64,000 bases of DNA from Planctomycetota bacterium (GTDB lineage Bacteria > Planctomycetota > UBA8108 > SXIK01), in assembly GCA_965223265.1 (NCBI GenBank), contig OZ244999.1, positions 4,736,001-4,800,000 of the forward strand. Reading direction: 5' to 3'. Both the position numbers and the translations under genes were made by a program. Positions 50,395 through 62,951 of the stretch are shown here, piece after piece (the first letter of the stretch is position 1; each line of letters starts with the position of its first letter). Under the pieces are notes generated by a model that searched no databases, was not told the origin of the DNA, and saw only the letters and a program-made list of their open reading frames with translations.

Positions 50395-52829
50395 ATGCGC
50401 ATCTTCTCCATCTTCGTACTCCTCCAGACAGCCTCGGCCTGCAGCGTGACCCCGGATCTCAAGAGCGAAACCGCGCCCTGGTCGATCGATCGATCACACC
50501 GGCTACTGATCCGCGTTGACCCGGTGGAGATCACGCGCGATGCCGACGAGCTGGTCGCCCGAGCAGAGATCGACTTTGATCGCGTCTTGCGGTCTGCCCG
50601 CTGCGATCTGTCGACTATCACTATTCAGGAATATGACGCGGCAACGGGTCAGGTGATCTCTTTCATGGGCAGCGGCGAACGCCCGGTTCGTGTCTACGAC
50701 CTGAGCATTCCCTGGAAGTTTCCGGAGCGTCAGGGCTATGCGCATGGAAGCGATGGCACGGGATTGCCGGCGACTTTCGTTGAGGGCGGCGGTCGATTCG
50801 TTCCGGCAGTTGGCGAGGGGCGCAAGGCGTCTGTTGCGTGGTCCCACCTCCAGCGAGCGCAGCAGTCGTCGCACTATGCGATCTACTTCGATCTCTTACC
50901 GGCCGGCGCCGCACCTTCGCTCTCGGTTCCCGGATTCGTCGGTGATGGATCGAACCGCTGTGCAGCAGATGCCGACAGCTTCTTCCCGCTCTACCACAGC
51001 CGCGTCGACACCGCTGATCTCGACGGCGACGGACGATTCGACCTGGTCGTCGGCAACCTGAACGGCACTCTCCTCTGGTATCCCAACGTCGGTCGCCCTG
51101 GGGCACCACGCTTCGAGCTGGCGCGATGGATCGTCGCGGACGCAGGCGACCCGCTCGACGTTGGCTACAGCTCCGCCCCGCGCGCGGCCGACTGGGACGG
51201 CGACGGCGATCTCGATTGATCGTCGGGGCGGAGAAGGAGTCGCTCGTGTTCTTTCGCAATGAGGGAACCGTCACGAACCCGAAGTTTTACCTGCAAGGGC
51301 TCCTCAGCGCTGACGGCAACCCGATCCGCGTCCCCAAGTCGCCCTGTGAAGAGGATCCAGACGGCAGGGTTTTTCCGTACGACTACTATCCCATACCGGA
51401 GATCGTCGATTGGGACGGCGACGGCGACCTCGACCTGCTCGCTGGAGGTTATATCACTGGACGCATCTGGTTTTATGAGAACGTCGCTGGCGCAGCGCGC
51501 GATGAGCCTGAGCTCACGTTTCGCGGCGCCCTGCAGGCGGACGGTCGTGACCTCGATGTGACGTGGATGGCTTCCCCGTGCGCGGCGGATTTCGACAGCG
51601 ACGGTGACCTCGACCTGATCAGCGGCGCCATGCAGATCACCGCGGGACTGGGTGATCTATCCGACCCTGAGAAGTTTCTCTGGTACTACGAGAACGTCGG
51701 AAGCCGAAGCGCGCCACAACTGACGCTGCGGCCCTTTCCTGCGAAAGGAAAGTTCCGCCACGGTTCACTGGGAACTCCACGGGCGATCGACTTCAATCGC
51801 GATGGTTTGCTCGACCTCGTCGTCAGCGCGTCGCGCGATCTGCTCCTCTTAGCCAATGTCGGCTCGTCAAACAATCCTGTCTTCGATGCGTCGACTGAAC
51901 CACTGCGGGCACCGTGGGGAAGTGCGCCGCTCAGATTCCAGCAACTGCTCGACTACAATGGTGACGGCTGGCCCGATCTCTTTGGCGGCGCCGAGGTGCA
52001 GGACAACATGCCTTTCTTCGCCGGGGCGGCAGTAACGCTCTGTGATGGGCAGAATGGGAACCGTTATACAGGCAAGAACGTGATCCCGCTTCTCGAATCA
52101 GGGCAGCGCATCCATCATCCGACACCGCGCGGCGATGCGTGGGACTATCGTGCACTTGCCGATCTCGACGGCGATGACCTGCTGGATGTTCTCTCGGGCG
52201 TTCATGAAGGCCACATCTGGTTTCATCGAAATCGGGGCACGCGTGAGCAAGGGAGAGTCGATGCAGCAGGCGTCCGTCTGAAACTTATCGATGGCGAGCT
52301 GCTCCGCGTCGGCCTCCCCCCAACGCCAGAAGATGAAAATGCCTTCGATGAACTGCAAGGTGCGCGAACAACCGTGGCGAGCGCGGACTTCAACCGCGAC
52401 GGACGACCGGATCTACTGGTCTGCGATACGTATGGCGTCGTGCGAATCTTCCTGCAGGCGCCCGGAGACTTGCTGCGTTTCGAACCCGCTGTCGTGATCG
52501 CACGCGAAGGCAAAGTTCGGCTGACCGCGCAGCCAATCGATTGGAACGGCGATGGCTGGGATGACGTGATCGCCATGTACGCCAGCGAAGAGAGCTACTT
52601 GATCTTGAACCGAGCCGTGCCAGGGAAAGCGGCGTTCGATGCCCCGAAACCGTTGAAACTACCGAGATATCCCATGTCCTGGCCGCTTCTGCACGTCGCC
52701 GACTGGAACAACGACGGCGACGAGGACCTGCTACTTCACTACGGCACCATGCTCCGCTACATCGAGCGCTCGTTTGTCGACCACGGCTATGTGCCGGCGA
52801 CGATCATTGCGCACGAAGCGCAGCGGTAG
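50395..52829 (+). pseudogene. FG-GAP/VCBS repeat protein split by a frameshift at about 51216
   Basis: DWDGDGDLD repeats in both halves; GAT-TGA-TC becomes D-L-I-V-G with one added base; may be a sequencing error. Confidence 0.8.
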
Positions 52830-52864
52830 CTTCGCGTGCGCGGTTGGCGCTGCGCTGCCCAAAC

Positions 52865-55243
52865 CTAACGATTTTTTTCTCCGGCGCCGATGCCGGCCTC
52901 GGGGCGTGGGCTCCACAGAAACGACCGTCGATGCATCCCGCCGCGCGGAAAACGCGCCGGCGGATCGGTGTGCACTAGGACGGCGACCGCGTTCGTCCGG
53001 CCAGCGCGGACGTCGCCGGTGACATCGACGTGAATCGGTTTGAGCGCGTTGAGTCCTCCCATCGGATGGAGCCGACACCTCTCCGGCGTCATCAGGCGAC
53101 CGTTCACCCATACCCAGACACCTTCATCGTAGTCTTCCTGGTAGTAGACGCCGCCGAGAGTCAACGTGAGCGGCTTCCCCGCGGCGTCGGCTGGCACTTC
53201 GAATTGGCAGCGATACCACGCTTTGCCGAAATAGCCCCACCCCGTCGCGTCGATATGGCCCTGGGCCTGCCAGTAGAGCGTCGTGTCGATCGGCTCCCAG
53301 CCATCGCGATGCCCGGGAAGATACCACTGATAGATCGTACCCATGTCCTTGGGATCCTTCTTGAACTGCCACGTTCTCGGGAGAGTCGCCACAAGCTCAC
53401 CCTGCTCGCCGCCCGCCTTTGCAGCGAGATCCGCGTACAGCGTCCGGTGCCACTCAATGGTGCTACGAAAATCGCGCGCGAACTCGGCCGTGTGCGGCAA
53501 AAGACCAGAGCGAATCGCGCCCATCATATCGCGCAATTCCAGCATGCGGTTCGTCCACGCAACTGCCTCAGTGAACTTCGCCTCTGCGAGAGCTTTCTCC
53601 ATCGCAACGTACGCGCGCATGTGATCGTGCGTGATCCGGAGAATGCGGACACGGAGCGCGAAAGATGTGTTCTGCGCTTTCGATTCCGCCTCGCGGATCA
53701 GGCGATCCAAGTCGCCGGACACCGGGGAGAGGATGACCGTCCATGGAATCACGTCCCCCCAGGCCGTATGAACGTGCGTCTCCTCGAGCGCGCGCTCGTA
53801 TGTCCAAAGATATTCTTCCACTGCCGTGGCCGCCGGGCCGTAGAAGAGACGGCAATACTCGTGGACAAGCGCGTCGACGTCCGCCTTCGTATCCCACATG
53901 AGCTTCGCACGAACGTAGTAGTTCAGGTGCGTGACCATCCAGGAGTTGGCGGCGTGCGTCCAGAATCCCCAGAGGCCACGACGCTTAAAGTAGGGCATAT
54001 CGTGCTTCAGGTTGTGTAAGGCGGGAAACGGAAGGTTGTCCACAGCAGTACCCGGGTCGTAGTCGTAGACAATCACGCACTTCACCGCACTCGTCCAGCG
54101 ATCGACCAAGCGCTCGTACACTTGCCGCGCCCAGCAGCGCGGATCACCGATGCGATGGAGACTACAAATGTGAATTGTCGCCAGCTGGATCCCGAGATTC
54201 GGACTCAACTTCGGAAGACTCTCGGGCAACCGCACGCGATTCGCATACCCATTGGTCAACACCCACCGCTCCGGAAACTCCTTGTGAACCTCGGTGGCGA
54301 CGGAGTTCGCAAAGCGAAACCAAACGTCGCTGTAGCTCGGCTCACCGATGCCCTTGCCGCCGAGTCCAGGCACGAGCCGCCGACAATCCTCGCAGTGGCA
54401 CCGCGGCGAATAGCCGTCGCTTGGAGCAAATCCGAACGAGTGCACCTCCGGATGCTCGCGAAAGTACTTCTTGATCACTGCTGCGCCCATAGCTCGCACT
54501 TCTTTGTTCGTCGTGCAGAACATGCCCTCCCATCGGTTGCCTCGCCGATCGATCGAGTAGAGGTGAGGATGCGACTCGACGGTTACGCTCTCTCCCAAGC
54601 GCTTGACGCTGCCGTCACCCGGCATGCTGATGGCAAGACCGTTGAGCTTGTGGCGGTCGTACCAGGGTCGAAACGCTTTCGCGTCCTCGGCGCTGATCGG
54701 CATCCAACCGGCGTATCCAATGCGCCGGATGCGAAAATCGGGTCGCTCGACTCGATCCATCTCCGGCACCGTGATCGTGTCCATCGACGGCAGCACCTCG
54801 CCAAACTCGCCGGGGAAGTACCACCGACAGCCGAGCTGCTCGAGTAACTCGTAGACCGCGTAAGCCGTCCCTCGGTAAGCCCGCTCCTCATTGCCTGCGA
54901 GCACGAGGTCACCGTCGACAGTCTTGATCACGAAACCCTCTTCGTTGAGCTGGGTCGTGAACCCTGACGGAATATCGACTCCGAGCCGAGCGACTGCGCT
55001 ACTGCGGCCGACGAGGACGCGAGGGCCGCGGACGGCGTCACGTTCGCTAGCGATCGGAAGCGTTGCCCCACTGATCCGCTCGACGTATGTCTGCAACTCT
55101 TTGGCGACCTCGCGCGCCTGATCGCTCGCCTCGGCGCCGATCACAATCGTCGCCCTGGGCTGCCCCTTCTCCACGAGAGTGACTTCCGCGCCTGAGCTGG
55201 CAGCGGCCAAAACGAACACGATCGTCATCGGTGCGGTGCGCAT
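52865..55243 (-). CDS. DUF4838-like secreted protein with C-terminal sugar-binding domain
   Basis: Signal peptide; ELQTYVERISGATLPI, EEGFVIK, GTAYAVYELLEQLGCRW, YVRAKLMWD, GKAWYR. Confidence 0.8.
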   Translation of the reverse strand: MRTAPMTIVFVLAAASSGAEVTLVEKGQPRATIVIGAEASDQAREVAKELQTYVERISGATLPIASERDAVRGPRVLVGRSSAVARLGVDIPSGFTTQLNEEGFVIKTVDGDLVLAGNEERAYRGTAYAVYELLEQLGCRWYFPGEFGEVLPSMDTITVPEMDRVERPDFRIRRIGYAGWMPISAEDAKAFRPWYDRHKLNGLAISMPGDGSVKRLGESVTVESHPHLYSIDRRGNRWEGMFCTTNKEVRAMGAAVIKKYFREHPEVHSFGFAPSDGYSPRCHCEDCRRLVPGLGGKGIGEPSYSDVWFRFANSVATEVHKEFPERWVLTNGYANRVRLPESLPKLSPNLGIQLATIHICSLHRIGDPRCWARQVYERLVDRWTSAVKCVIVYDYDPGTAVDNLPFPALHNLKHDMPYFKRRGLWGFWTHAANSWMVTHLNYYVRAKLMWDTKADVDALVHEYCRLFYGPAATAVEEYLWTYERALEETHVHTAWGDVIPWTVILSPVSGDLDRLIREAESKAQNTSFALRVRILRITHDHMRAYVAMEKALAEAKFTEAVAWTNRMLELRDMMGAIRSGLLPHTAEFARDFRSTIEWHRTLYADLAAKAGGEQGELVATLPRTWQFKKDPKDMGTIYQWYLPGHRDGWEPIDTTLYWQAQGHIDATGWGYFGKAWYRCQFEVPADAAGKPLTLTLGGVYYQEDYDEGVWVWVNGRLMTPERCRLHPMGGLNALKPIHVDVTGDVRAGRTNAVAVLVHTDPPARFPRGGMHRRSFLWSPRPEAGIGAGEKNR

Positions 55244-55875
55244 ATGAGTTGCTCCTTCGAGTTATGCGATCGCCGTCGACAGGCGCCGTGGGTGAACCCT
55301 CTTCGCTGTCGACGCAGATTCCATCCTACTCGGTGGACCTCGTCGAAACACAGAGGCTAGATGCTCCCCCGCTGCCCCACTTTTGGGAACTCAGGGAATG
55401 CGGGAAACCTCTGGAGAAGAGGGGAGCTCTTATCCGAAGAGAAAGACAAGGCTCAGACAGAGGATTCTCATGCCGCAGCGCCAGCCTCCGCAACGACCCG
55501 CGTCTTCTTCGAGCAAATCACAAGCGCAGTGGCGCCTCATCGAAGGCGGTCGCGAGCGCGTGCTCAAGGCCATCGATCAGCTTCTTGAGGGCACGGGCGA
55601 CAATCACTTCGAGATAGAGTTTCGCATCCATGAAAGTCGCCGTGTCGCAGCGCGGACTCCCAAGCGCAAGGTGCGATCGGCGAAGACCAAAAAGTCTGGT
55701 AAGAGCAAGAGATCTGGGGTGTTCGCGACGGTGTTCGGCCGCCGCACGAAAAAGGCCCGGTGAATCCTGCGGCTCGCCCGCCTGGGCGATCCGAACAGCT
55801 CTCTCACTCAAAGCCTTCCACGCGACCGCGCCAGACGCGTGGTAGCGCTCGTGGCGCACATCGGTCTGCTCTCTC

Positions 55876-56946
55876 TCACCTCTCTGAGTTCGCCGCTTCC
55901 TGCAGCTGCGCAGAGCGTGCATTGATCACCGCCCAGGGATCCGTGGGCTTCTTGTCGGGGTCGACGTAGTCGTCCAGATCGCGCAGCGCGATCACTTTGT
56001 AGCCTCCCTCGTGGAGGAACTTCATGTACTTTTCGAACATCGCCTGCGGTGTGTGCACCCACGGGTGCTCTCCCTCGGGCACGCCGTGAAACTGCAGCAC
56101 CGCGATGCGACCATCCTTCGCCTGCTCGACGCCGCGGATGAAGTCTTCGAGCTTCCAGTCGGGTCGGGCATCGGCTGCTGACGGAATGAGCAGCGGGTGG
56201 TCGCGCCCCGGTTCGTACGCAACCCCTCGGCCACGGTCGTACGGATACTCGGGTGCGCCGCCGCGCCGCGCGTAGCGGATGCCGTGACGTTCGAGCACCG
56301 GTAAGGCCTTCGCGGTGATCGAGTTTCCCGGCCACGCGAACGTCACCGGCTTTGGGATGCCATGCTCGGCGCACTTTCGATCGATTTCCTCCAGTTGCTC
56401 CACGAGTTGATCGACGTTGTCGTCGTTCACCCCCATGTGGTCGCGCGTGTGGTTGCCGATCTCGAAGCCATCTTTGTGGAGCTGGCGGATCTCGTCCCAG
56501 GTCATGTAGTTCGTTTTGTCCGTCTCGAAGTTGAACCCTTCGGTGATATAGAACGACGCTCCGAAGCCGTATTTCTTGAGGAGTGGCCGCGCGACGGTGT
56601 AGTGCGACTTCACGGAATCGTCAAACGTGAGGACAACGATCTTGGGCGGTATCGACTCAGCTTGATGCTGACAGGCAGTCAGAGAGAAGAGCAAGAGAAG
56701 ATAAAGCCGCTGGCAGCAAGCTATAGTGGGGAATCGAGCCACGAAGATCCTCCGTGCGAGTCCGTTCAGTTTTCGCGCCGCGGACAGCAGGCCATGGTCG
56801 GCTATAGCTGCCAATGCTTGACGTCTGAAAGAGTGTTTCCGAAAGTTAAACAACCCCTCCGCCCCCGTCAATCCGTTTCGCCTCGGAACACTCGTTGCAA
56901 CGGGAATACCACAAGACGCCGGCCTGTCATCAAATGACTTAGTCAT
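55876..56946 (-). CDS. polysaccharide deacetylase (NodB-like); true start probably downstream of 56946
   Basis: VLTFDD, YMTWDEI, EIGNHTRDH, FAWPG, LQFHG. Confidence 0.88.
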   Translation of the reverse strand: MTKSFDDRPASCGIPVATSVPRRNGLTGAEGLFNFRKHSFRRQALAAIADHGLLSAARKLNGLARRIFVARFPTIACCQRLYLLLLFSLTACQHQAESIPPKIVVLTFDDSVKSHYTVARPLLKKYGFGASFYITEGFNFETDKTNYMTWDEIRQLHKDGFEIGNHTRDHMGVNDDNVDQLVEQLEEIDRKCAEHGIPKPVTFAWPGNSITAKALPVLERHGIRYARRGGAPEYPYDRGRGVAYEPGRDHPLLIPSAADARPDWKLEDFIRGVEQAKDGRIAVLQFHGVPEGEHPWVHTPQAMFEKYMKFLHEGGYKVIALRDLDDYVDPDKKPTDPWAVINARSAQLQEAANSER

Positions 56947-57116
56947 CCGCTAGAGCATAACCTGCGGGAACGACACCTGGACACCTATAGTTCAGGTCAT
57001 GAGATTCGAAGGCGTCATCGTCATGTGGTTGTGCTCAAACGATCACCCGGGTACGATGCCGACTCGGTGATGATGATACTGACAAAGGGTGCCGTCTACG
57101 TGGGCTGGGGTACACT

Positions 57117-57668
57117 ATGCGTTCGGAACAGGACTTCGCGTCGCCAGTTCATTCTGGGCCGTCCGCGAAGCAATCCCTTTCTCGCTGCGCGGAAGATCGT
57201 CTCGAAAGGATGCTTCGGTCGGTAGCGCGCCAGCACATGAAACGCGAACGCCAGAGCGCTTTGCTGCAGACCACTGCGCTGGCCAATGAGTGCTTTCTTA
57301 GACTCCGCGGGGTCCAGATCGATGACAGCGGACACTTTCGTGCGCTGGCCCACAACGCCGCTCGCCGCACCCTCATCGATCACGCAAACAGCGAAGCGAC
57401 GAAAAAACGGGGCGGGAGACGCCAGCGCATCCCGCTCGCGCAAATCTCGCCGACCATAGAGCAAGAGTTGGAGCTGGAACTGGACCTCGCGCAGCTCTTG
57501 ACCCGCCTGCACAAGGAGTTTCCGAAACTCCATTTCGTCATTCACAACCGGTTTTTCGCCGGACATAGTTTCCGCCAAGTCGCAGCCATGCTGGGCTGCT
57601 CGGAGGCTACCGTGCGCAACCGCGAGCGGGCCGGACTCATGACGCTCTTGAGCTGGTTCGAGGACTGA
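57117..57668 (+). CDS. ECF sigma factor, planctomycete kinase-associated type
   Basis: LRSVARQHMKRER..LQTTALANECFLRL, KKRGG, RFFAG..VAAMLGCSEATV. Confidence 0.82.
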   Translation: MRSEQDFASPVHSGPSAKQSLSRCAEDRLERMLRSVARQHMKRERQSALLQTTALANECFLRLRGVQIDDSGHFRALAHNAARRTLIDHANSEATKKRGGRRQRIPLAQISPTIEQELELELDLAQLLTRLHKEFPKLHFVIHNRFFAGHSFRQVAAMLGCSEATVRNRERAGLMTLLSWFED

Positions 57669-57675
57669 CGCTGCA

Positions 57676-60600
57676 GTGAGCAAAAAAGTGCGTCCGGGAC
57701 GCGAGACGATCATTCTGCGGGTGATCGAGGCTGAGCCTGCCGACCGCGAACGCCTCTTGGCCGAGCTCTGTGGAGACGACTCAGTGCTCCGCGGAGACAT
57801 TGCACGCCTCTTAACATTTTGCGACTCTGCCGCAGAGATCTCAAAGCGCCTCGAAAACCTCGCGGAATCGGTGGAATCGACAAACCTGCGCAATGCGCCA
57901 TGCATCGACGGCCTCACGATCCTCGGAGAGCTCGGCCGCGGCGGCATGGGCACAGTTTATCTAGCGAAGCAGAGCGAACCCCTCGACCGACTCGTTGCTG
58001 TCAAAGTTTTGCACGCCACGCGGAATACTGCGGAGCACACGGCCCGCTTTCAAGGGGAGGCGCAAGCCCTCGCGCGCATGCACCACGAAGGCATTGCTGC
58101 GATCTTCGATGCCGGAATAACAGAACTGAACGAGCCGTACTTCATCATGGAGTATGTCGACGGTCGCCGACTGACGGACTACTGCGACGAACAAACGCTC
58201 GACACAGTCCAACGGCTCCGACTCTTCTGCCAAATCTGCGACGCAGTACAGCACGCGCACGAAAGTGGAATCGTTCATCGTGACCTCAAACCGTCCAATG
58301 TCCTTGTGAAGTCCTCGGGGGACGACTCCAAATCAAGGTCATCGACTTCGGAATCGCCAAAGCGCTGCGTGGGCGCCTCCACGACGCCACGAGTACTAGG
58401 GGTGCAGGTCCGCTAGGTACGATAGAATACATGAGCCCGGAGCAATTGTTCGACGACGGAGTTATCTCCGAGCGTTCCGATGTGTACGCTCTAGGCATCA
58501 TCCTCTACGAACTGCTCGCTCGACAAACTCCCTACAGCGAGAAAGGTGATGAAGATCTCATCACGCGCCTGATCGCCGGTCCACGTCCGCTTAGTGAAGT
58601 GTCACCAGTTCATTCTTTGGCGCTCGAAGCCATCGTCGATCGATCGTTGGCTCGCTCTCCGAAGGATCGCTATCCAAGCGTCGCTGCACTTTCTGACGAA
58701 GTGCGGCGTTACCTGGACGGCGAAACAGTCCGCGCTGTCGGTCACGCCCGGCGGCATGCGTTGCGTCGATGGGTTCGGCATCGCCCTCCATCTTCGGTAC
58801 TCTCGAAAGTCGGAGGGCTCGGGGCCATCGTGGTCCTCATGGGCTTCCTCGCATGGCATGGACTGCGGATCCTCGAGGACAAGGGCCATGAGAGCGACCA
58901 GCCGCAGACGGAGCGAACTCGCTTCGAAGACTCGACGCGGGTCGTGGCGCGGGCGCGTCAAGCTCTGGAAGCCGGAGCGATCGAGCAGACACACTCGCTC
59001 GTTAGCCAGTACTTGAATCAAATGGGAGGCAAGGACGAGCACGAACGCTCGAGTTTTGACATCGAGTACCTGCGAAGAAAAAGCGAGCTCTCCTCCGAGC
59101 CCCTTGAGCTGGTCCAAGGCGGGCTCGACCGCATGGTGTTTTTGCGCGACGGACGAAGCATTGCTGTCCTCGGATCGCGCTCCGAACGGGAGCAAGGCAT
59201 CGTTACCCGATGGTCGATCGACCGAATAGAGTCTCCGATCCAACGGTGGCGCATAGAGCTCGAGTTTCCGGTGAGCGACATGGTCCTGGAGCCGGGCGGT
59301 GAATTCTTGACCCTCCAGGCCCAGGGTGAAGCGCTCTTAGCGACAGTCGACGTCGAAGATGGCGCAGTGCGCCGTTACGGTGGTCTGATCACCTCGGGAC
59401 ACCTGGCGTACTCGCCCATCGGCCATGTTTTGGTTGCCGCCGCCACCACGGTTGTCCTCCACACGTCGCCGCCCACCCGTTACTTTCAGGTCGGCAACTT
59501 CAAACCCAAAGAGACTTACACCGGCCTCGGGTTCTCAGACGATGGTCGGTGGCTCGTGGTCGGTGGATTCGACAATCTTCGACTCATTTCTATTCCGGAG
59601 AGCATCCCCTATGGGACGTCAAGCAGCCGCCAACCCGTGACCCAAGTTCTGAAGTTCCCGGTAGCCCGCCCCATCGACAATCTCTGCATGGTTAACGACG
59701 TCGTCGTCGCCGCGCACCGCGAAGCCGGCCTCGTGAAGTACGACGTGCGGCAACTGAGAGAAATCCGTCGGTCGGCTCCTCTCTCAACCGACGTTGAGGT
59801 CCTCGCGGCTTCGCCGGATGGCCGCTGGTTAGCAACAGGTTCACGTGAGGGTGATCTGACAATCTGGGATCAGGACACCCTCGTCGCGCTATGGAGCGTC
59901 CGAGCCCACGGCCGACGTATAGACGATCTCCAATTCTCTTCCGATAGTAGGTTGCTCGCTTCGGTCGGTGATCGAGGCGCTCTACGTTTCTGGTCAACGG
60001 AACGTTGGTCTCGCCTAACGTCGCACGCAATCACAAAGCAGCGACTCTGGGACGTGGCCTTTCGCGATGACGGACGTTTGGTCACGGAGTCGGAACATCC
60101 CCGCTTCTCGCTCTGGGATCTCGATCGAGAACGGCCACCGGGAGGGTATCACTCAGAGTCCAGCGTCGAGGTGGAGCCTTGGTCGGCGGGGGGAATCGAA
60201 CACGAAGTGTGCGCGTTAGCACCCGGAGGGCGTGAAGTTGCCGTTTCGACCTCCAACTACACGGTTCAGCTCGTCGCGACGAACGATCGAGTGCAGGAAA
60301 TCGTCGAGCTGGGCAAGTTTTCGGCGCCCGTCTACGGGATGGGATTCTCACGGGACGGCTCTCTCTTCGCCGCGTGCTCACTTAGACACGTTCGCCCACT
60401 CGTCGAGAGTCAGCTCATGGTCTGGCGGCGCGGCAAACACCGAGAGAATCGGCCACTGGACTCTGTGCGAGCCAGTCCCCACAACCTCATCCTCGACGTC
60501 AAGACGGACGTCACAAGCCGTCGACTCGCGGTCTTCCCACGACGCGGCTTGATCGCGATCGGCGGTCGGGAAGCCACACCGATCGAGGTACGCGCCATCG

Positions 60601-61079
60601 CCGATGGAGCGCGGATCGGCAGATTTCAAGCTCAGAGCTTCGTCGTGGGCATCGTACCGACTCCCGACGAGCGGTTTCTCGCAACTCTCGGAGAGGACGG
60701 CACCGTTGAGGTCTGGCAGATTCCCGACAGATCGGCCGAGCTCGCTCCTCCGACCCGAGAGCTCACCGTTCGCTGCCACCGGGGACGAATCAACGCACTG
60801 AAATTCTTCCCGGATGGCCAACGATTCGTCACGGGCCCCGCCGAAGGTTCGGTGAAACTTTGGCGCTGGTTCGAGGAAGCTGGAGAGTTGAGCGTGGTCG
60901 AGCTTTTGGAGCTCAACCCGCCTCCCGGACAAGTGATGGGACTCGACGTAAGAGCCGACGGTCAAGCTGTAGTTGCTGCAGGCGGTTCGCCGGATGGAGC
61001 TGCCGGTTGGGTGAAAATGTGGTGGGGCGCCACGACGATCCGGCACAACAACCCTGTTTCGCCCTCCCCTGCCAGATAA
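57676..61079 (+). pseudogene. Ser/Thr kinase - TM - WD40 protein split by a frameshift at about 58332
   Basis: GRGGMG..HRDLKPSN in the first frame; DFGIAK..YMSPEQ and WD40 repeats in the second; one added A restores SKIKVIDFG. Confidence 0.85.
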
Positions 61080-61249
61080 CGATATCGGGCACCACATCGG
61101 TCGCTGGGGAAGCCGACGCGAGCAGAAAAACGTGCATTCCTTTTGCGCATTCGCTCCCGAATCCCGCTTACCACTATGGCGATTCGAACCACGTCGAGTT
61201 CGACGCGGAAGTGAGCGACGCCTTCTGTACTTTCCCCACGGGAGTCACT

Positions 61250-62833
61250 ATGCCTAAGTCGAATTTACTTTCATTCTTGGTCTGTCTGATCGGAATCTCC
61301 TCGGCCCTGAAAGCTGACCCGTTCAGTGTCTTTCAGGTCATTCCCAATCCCGATCCGGACGCGGACCAGGACGACCAGTTCGGGTCGCTAGTGACGCTCG
61401 ACGGGAATCTTGTTCTTGTGGGTGCACGAAGGGACGATGCAAGTGGTCCACCTGACTCCGGAGCGGCATACCTCTTCGATCTGAGTACGGCAACGCTTGT
61501 TCACACCTTCCTCGATCCGACTCCGATGCCTGGCGATCACCTGGGAGAGGGAGGGGCGATCGTCTCGGGAATGGTTTTTCTCGGCGACCATGGGGACGAC
61601 GCCGGAGCGTCGGACACCGGCACCGTTCGACGCTACGACGCTTCGACAGGAAGCTTAGTTCTGGAAATCTTCAACCCTTCGCCGCTCCAAGGCGAGCTCT
61701 TCGGGTGGCGGCTCTTCGCCGACGATGCAGGCCTGATCGTCACTCAGTCCGACCTGGGTCTTGGGGGCATTGGTCCAGGCTTCGTGTATCTCTACGATTT
61801 CGCCGGGAACCTCGTTCAAACATATCTCAATCCGACGCCGGTGAATGGCGACAGACATGGTTGGGCCGCCGTTGCGACCGCAACTCATGTCGTTGCAAGC
61901 ACGCTTCACGCTGGAACACCATCTCTCATCGGTGAAGTTCAAATCTACGATCGCTCCACCGGGACACTTCTTCACACGCTTACCAATCCCATTTTGGAGC
62001 CGAACGCGAATTTCGGCATCAGTGTGGCTGTCGTCGGCGACACGGTATTCGTAGGGGCGTCAGCAAGCGCCGCACCCACGAACGCCGAAGGTAGGGTCTA
62101 CGCCTTCGACATAGCGACCGGAGCTCTGCTCGGAATTCTGGAAAACCCAACACCTGACCCCGTTGATCTTTTCGGCGGTGCGCTGGCAGCTCACGGAGAC
62201 CTCCTCGTGGTGGGATCACGATTCGACGACGCCGCGGCCGACAACGGTGGCGCGGTCCATGTCTTTACTTCAGATACATTCACAATCGTCGACACCATTC
62301 TAAGTCCTACGCCGGCCGACGGGGCACGATTCGGTTCGGAACTTGCAGCCGATGACGAGCACATCGTCGTCGCTGCCGATTCCGACCTCGTGGACGGTGC
62401 CCCAGTTGGAAAGGTTTACGTGTTCCACGCCGACAGCGACGAAGACGGTGTGGGGAATGCGATTGACCTGTGCCCAGGCACGCCTCAAGGGGAGATAGTG
62501 GATTCCAGCGGCTGTTCCGATTCTCAAGTCGACGAGGACCTCGATGGTTTGTGTAATCCGGACGCAGCGACCAACGGACCTTCGGGATGTACGGGATCCG
62601 ATAGTTGTCCTAACTCGGATCTTCAACCCACGATCGTGATCGACGGAGTGGACACGGGCGTAGAAAACGATCTTCTTTCCGACGGCTGTACGGTATCTGA
62701 TCTCATCACCGACCTTCTCGGGACAGACCCAGTCTTTGCCGAAGTCGTTCAATTGCTCGTTTCGCTCAAAGGCGACGGTGTGATCACTGGTGAGCAGCTG
62801 GGCGAAATCTTGAAGACCCTCAAAGGCTCTTAA
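61250..62833 (+). CDS. secreted FG-GAP/integrin-like beta-propeller with thrombospondin type 3-like repeats
   Basis: Signal peptide; repeated FG...VGA...G.VY.FD units; DSDEDGVGNAIDLCPGTP. Confidence 0.8.
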   Translation: MPKSNLLSFLVCLIGISSALKADPFSVFQVIPNPDPDADQDDQFGSLVTLDGNLVLVGARRDDASGPPDSGAAYLFDLSTATLVHTFLDPTPMPGDHLGEGGAIVSGMVFLGDHGDDAGASDTGTVRRYDASTGSLVLEIFNPSPLQGELFGWRLFADDAGLIVTQSDLGLGGIGPGFVYLYDFAGNLVQTYLNPTPVNGDRHGWAAVATATHVVASTLHAGTPSLIGEVQIYDRSTGTLLHTLTNPILEPNANFGISVAVVGDTVFVGASASAAPTNAEGRVYAFDIATGALLGILENPTPDPVDLFGGALAAHGDLLVVGSRFDDAAADNGGAVHVFTSDTFTIVDTILSPTPADGARFGSELAADDEHIVVAADSDLVDGAPVGKVYVFHADSDEDGVGNAIDLCPGTPQGEIVDSSGCSDSQVDEDLDGLCNPDAATNGPSGCTGSDSCPNSDLQPTIVIDGVDTGVENDLLSDGCTVSDLITDLLGTDPVFAEVVQLLVSLKGDGVITGEQLGEILKTLKGS

Positions 62834-62951
62834 CGTGGTGCAAGAAGTGCCGACTGACGGGTGGGAGGCCAAGAACTTAATCGTCTTCGTCTTGTCCTTC
62901 TCTTTCGTCACTTCGATCCTTAGGTCGCTCGCGACACCTCATCCCAAGCGC

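Noticed and set aside
55430-55763. Possible frameshifted small protein with a basic tail
   Set aside because: Start and junction cannot be fixed and no family is recognised
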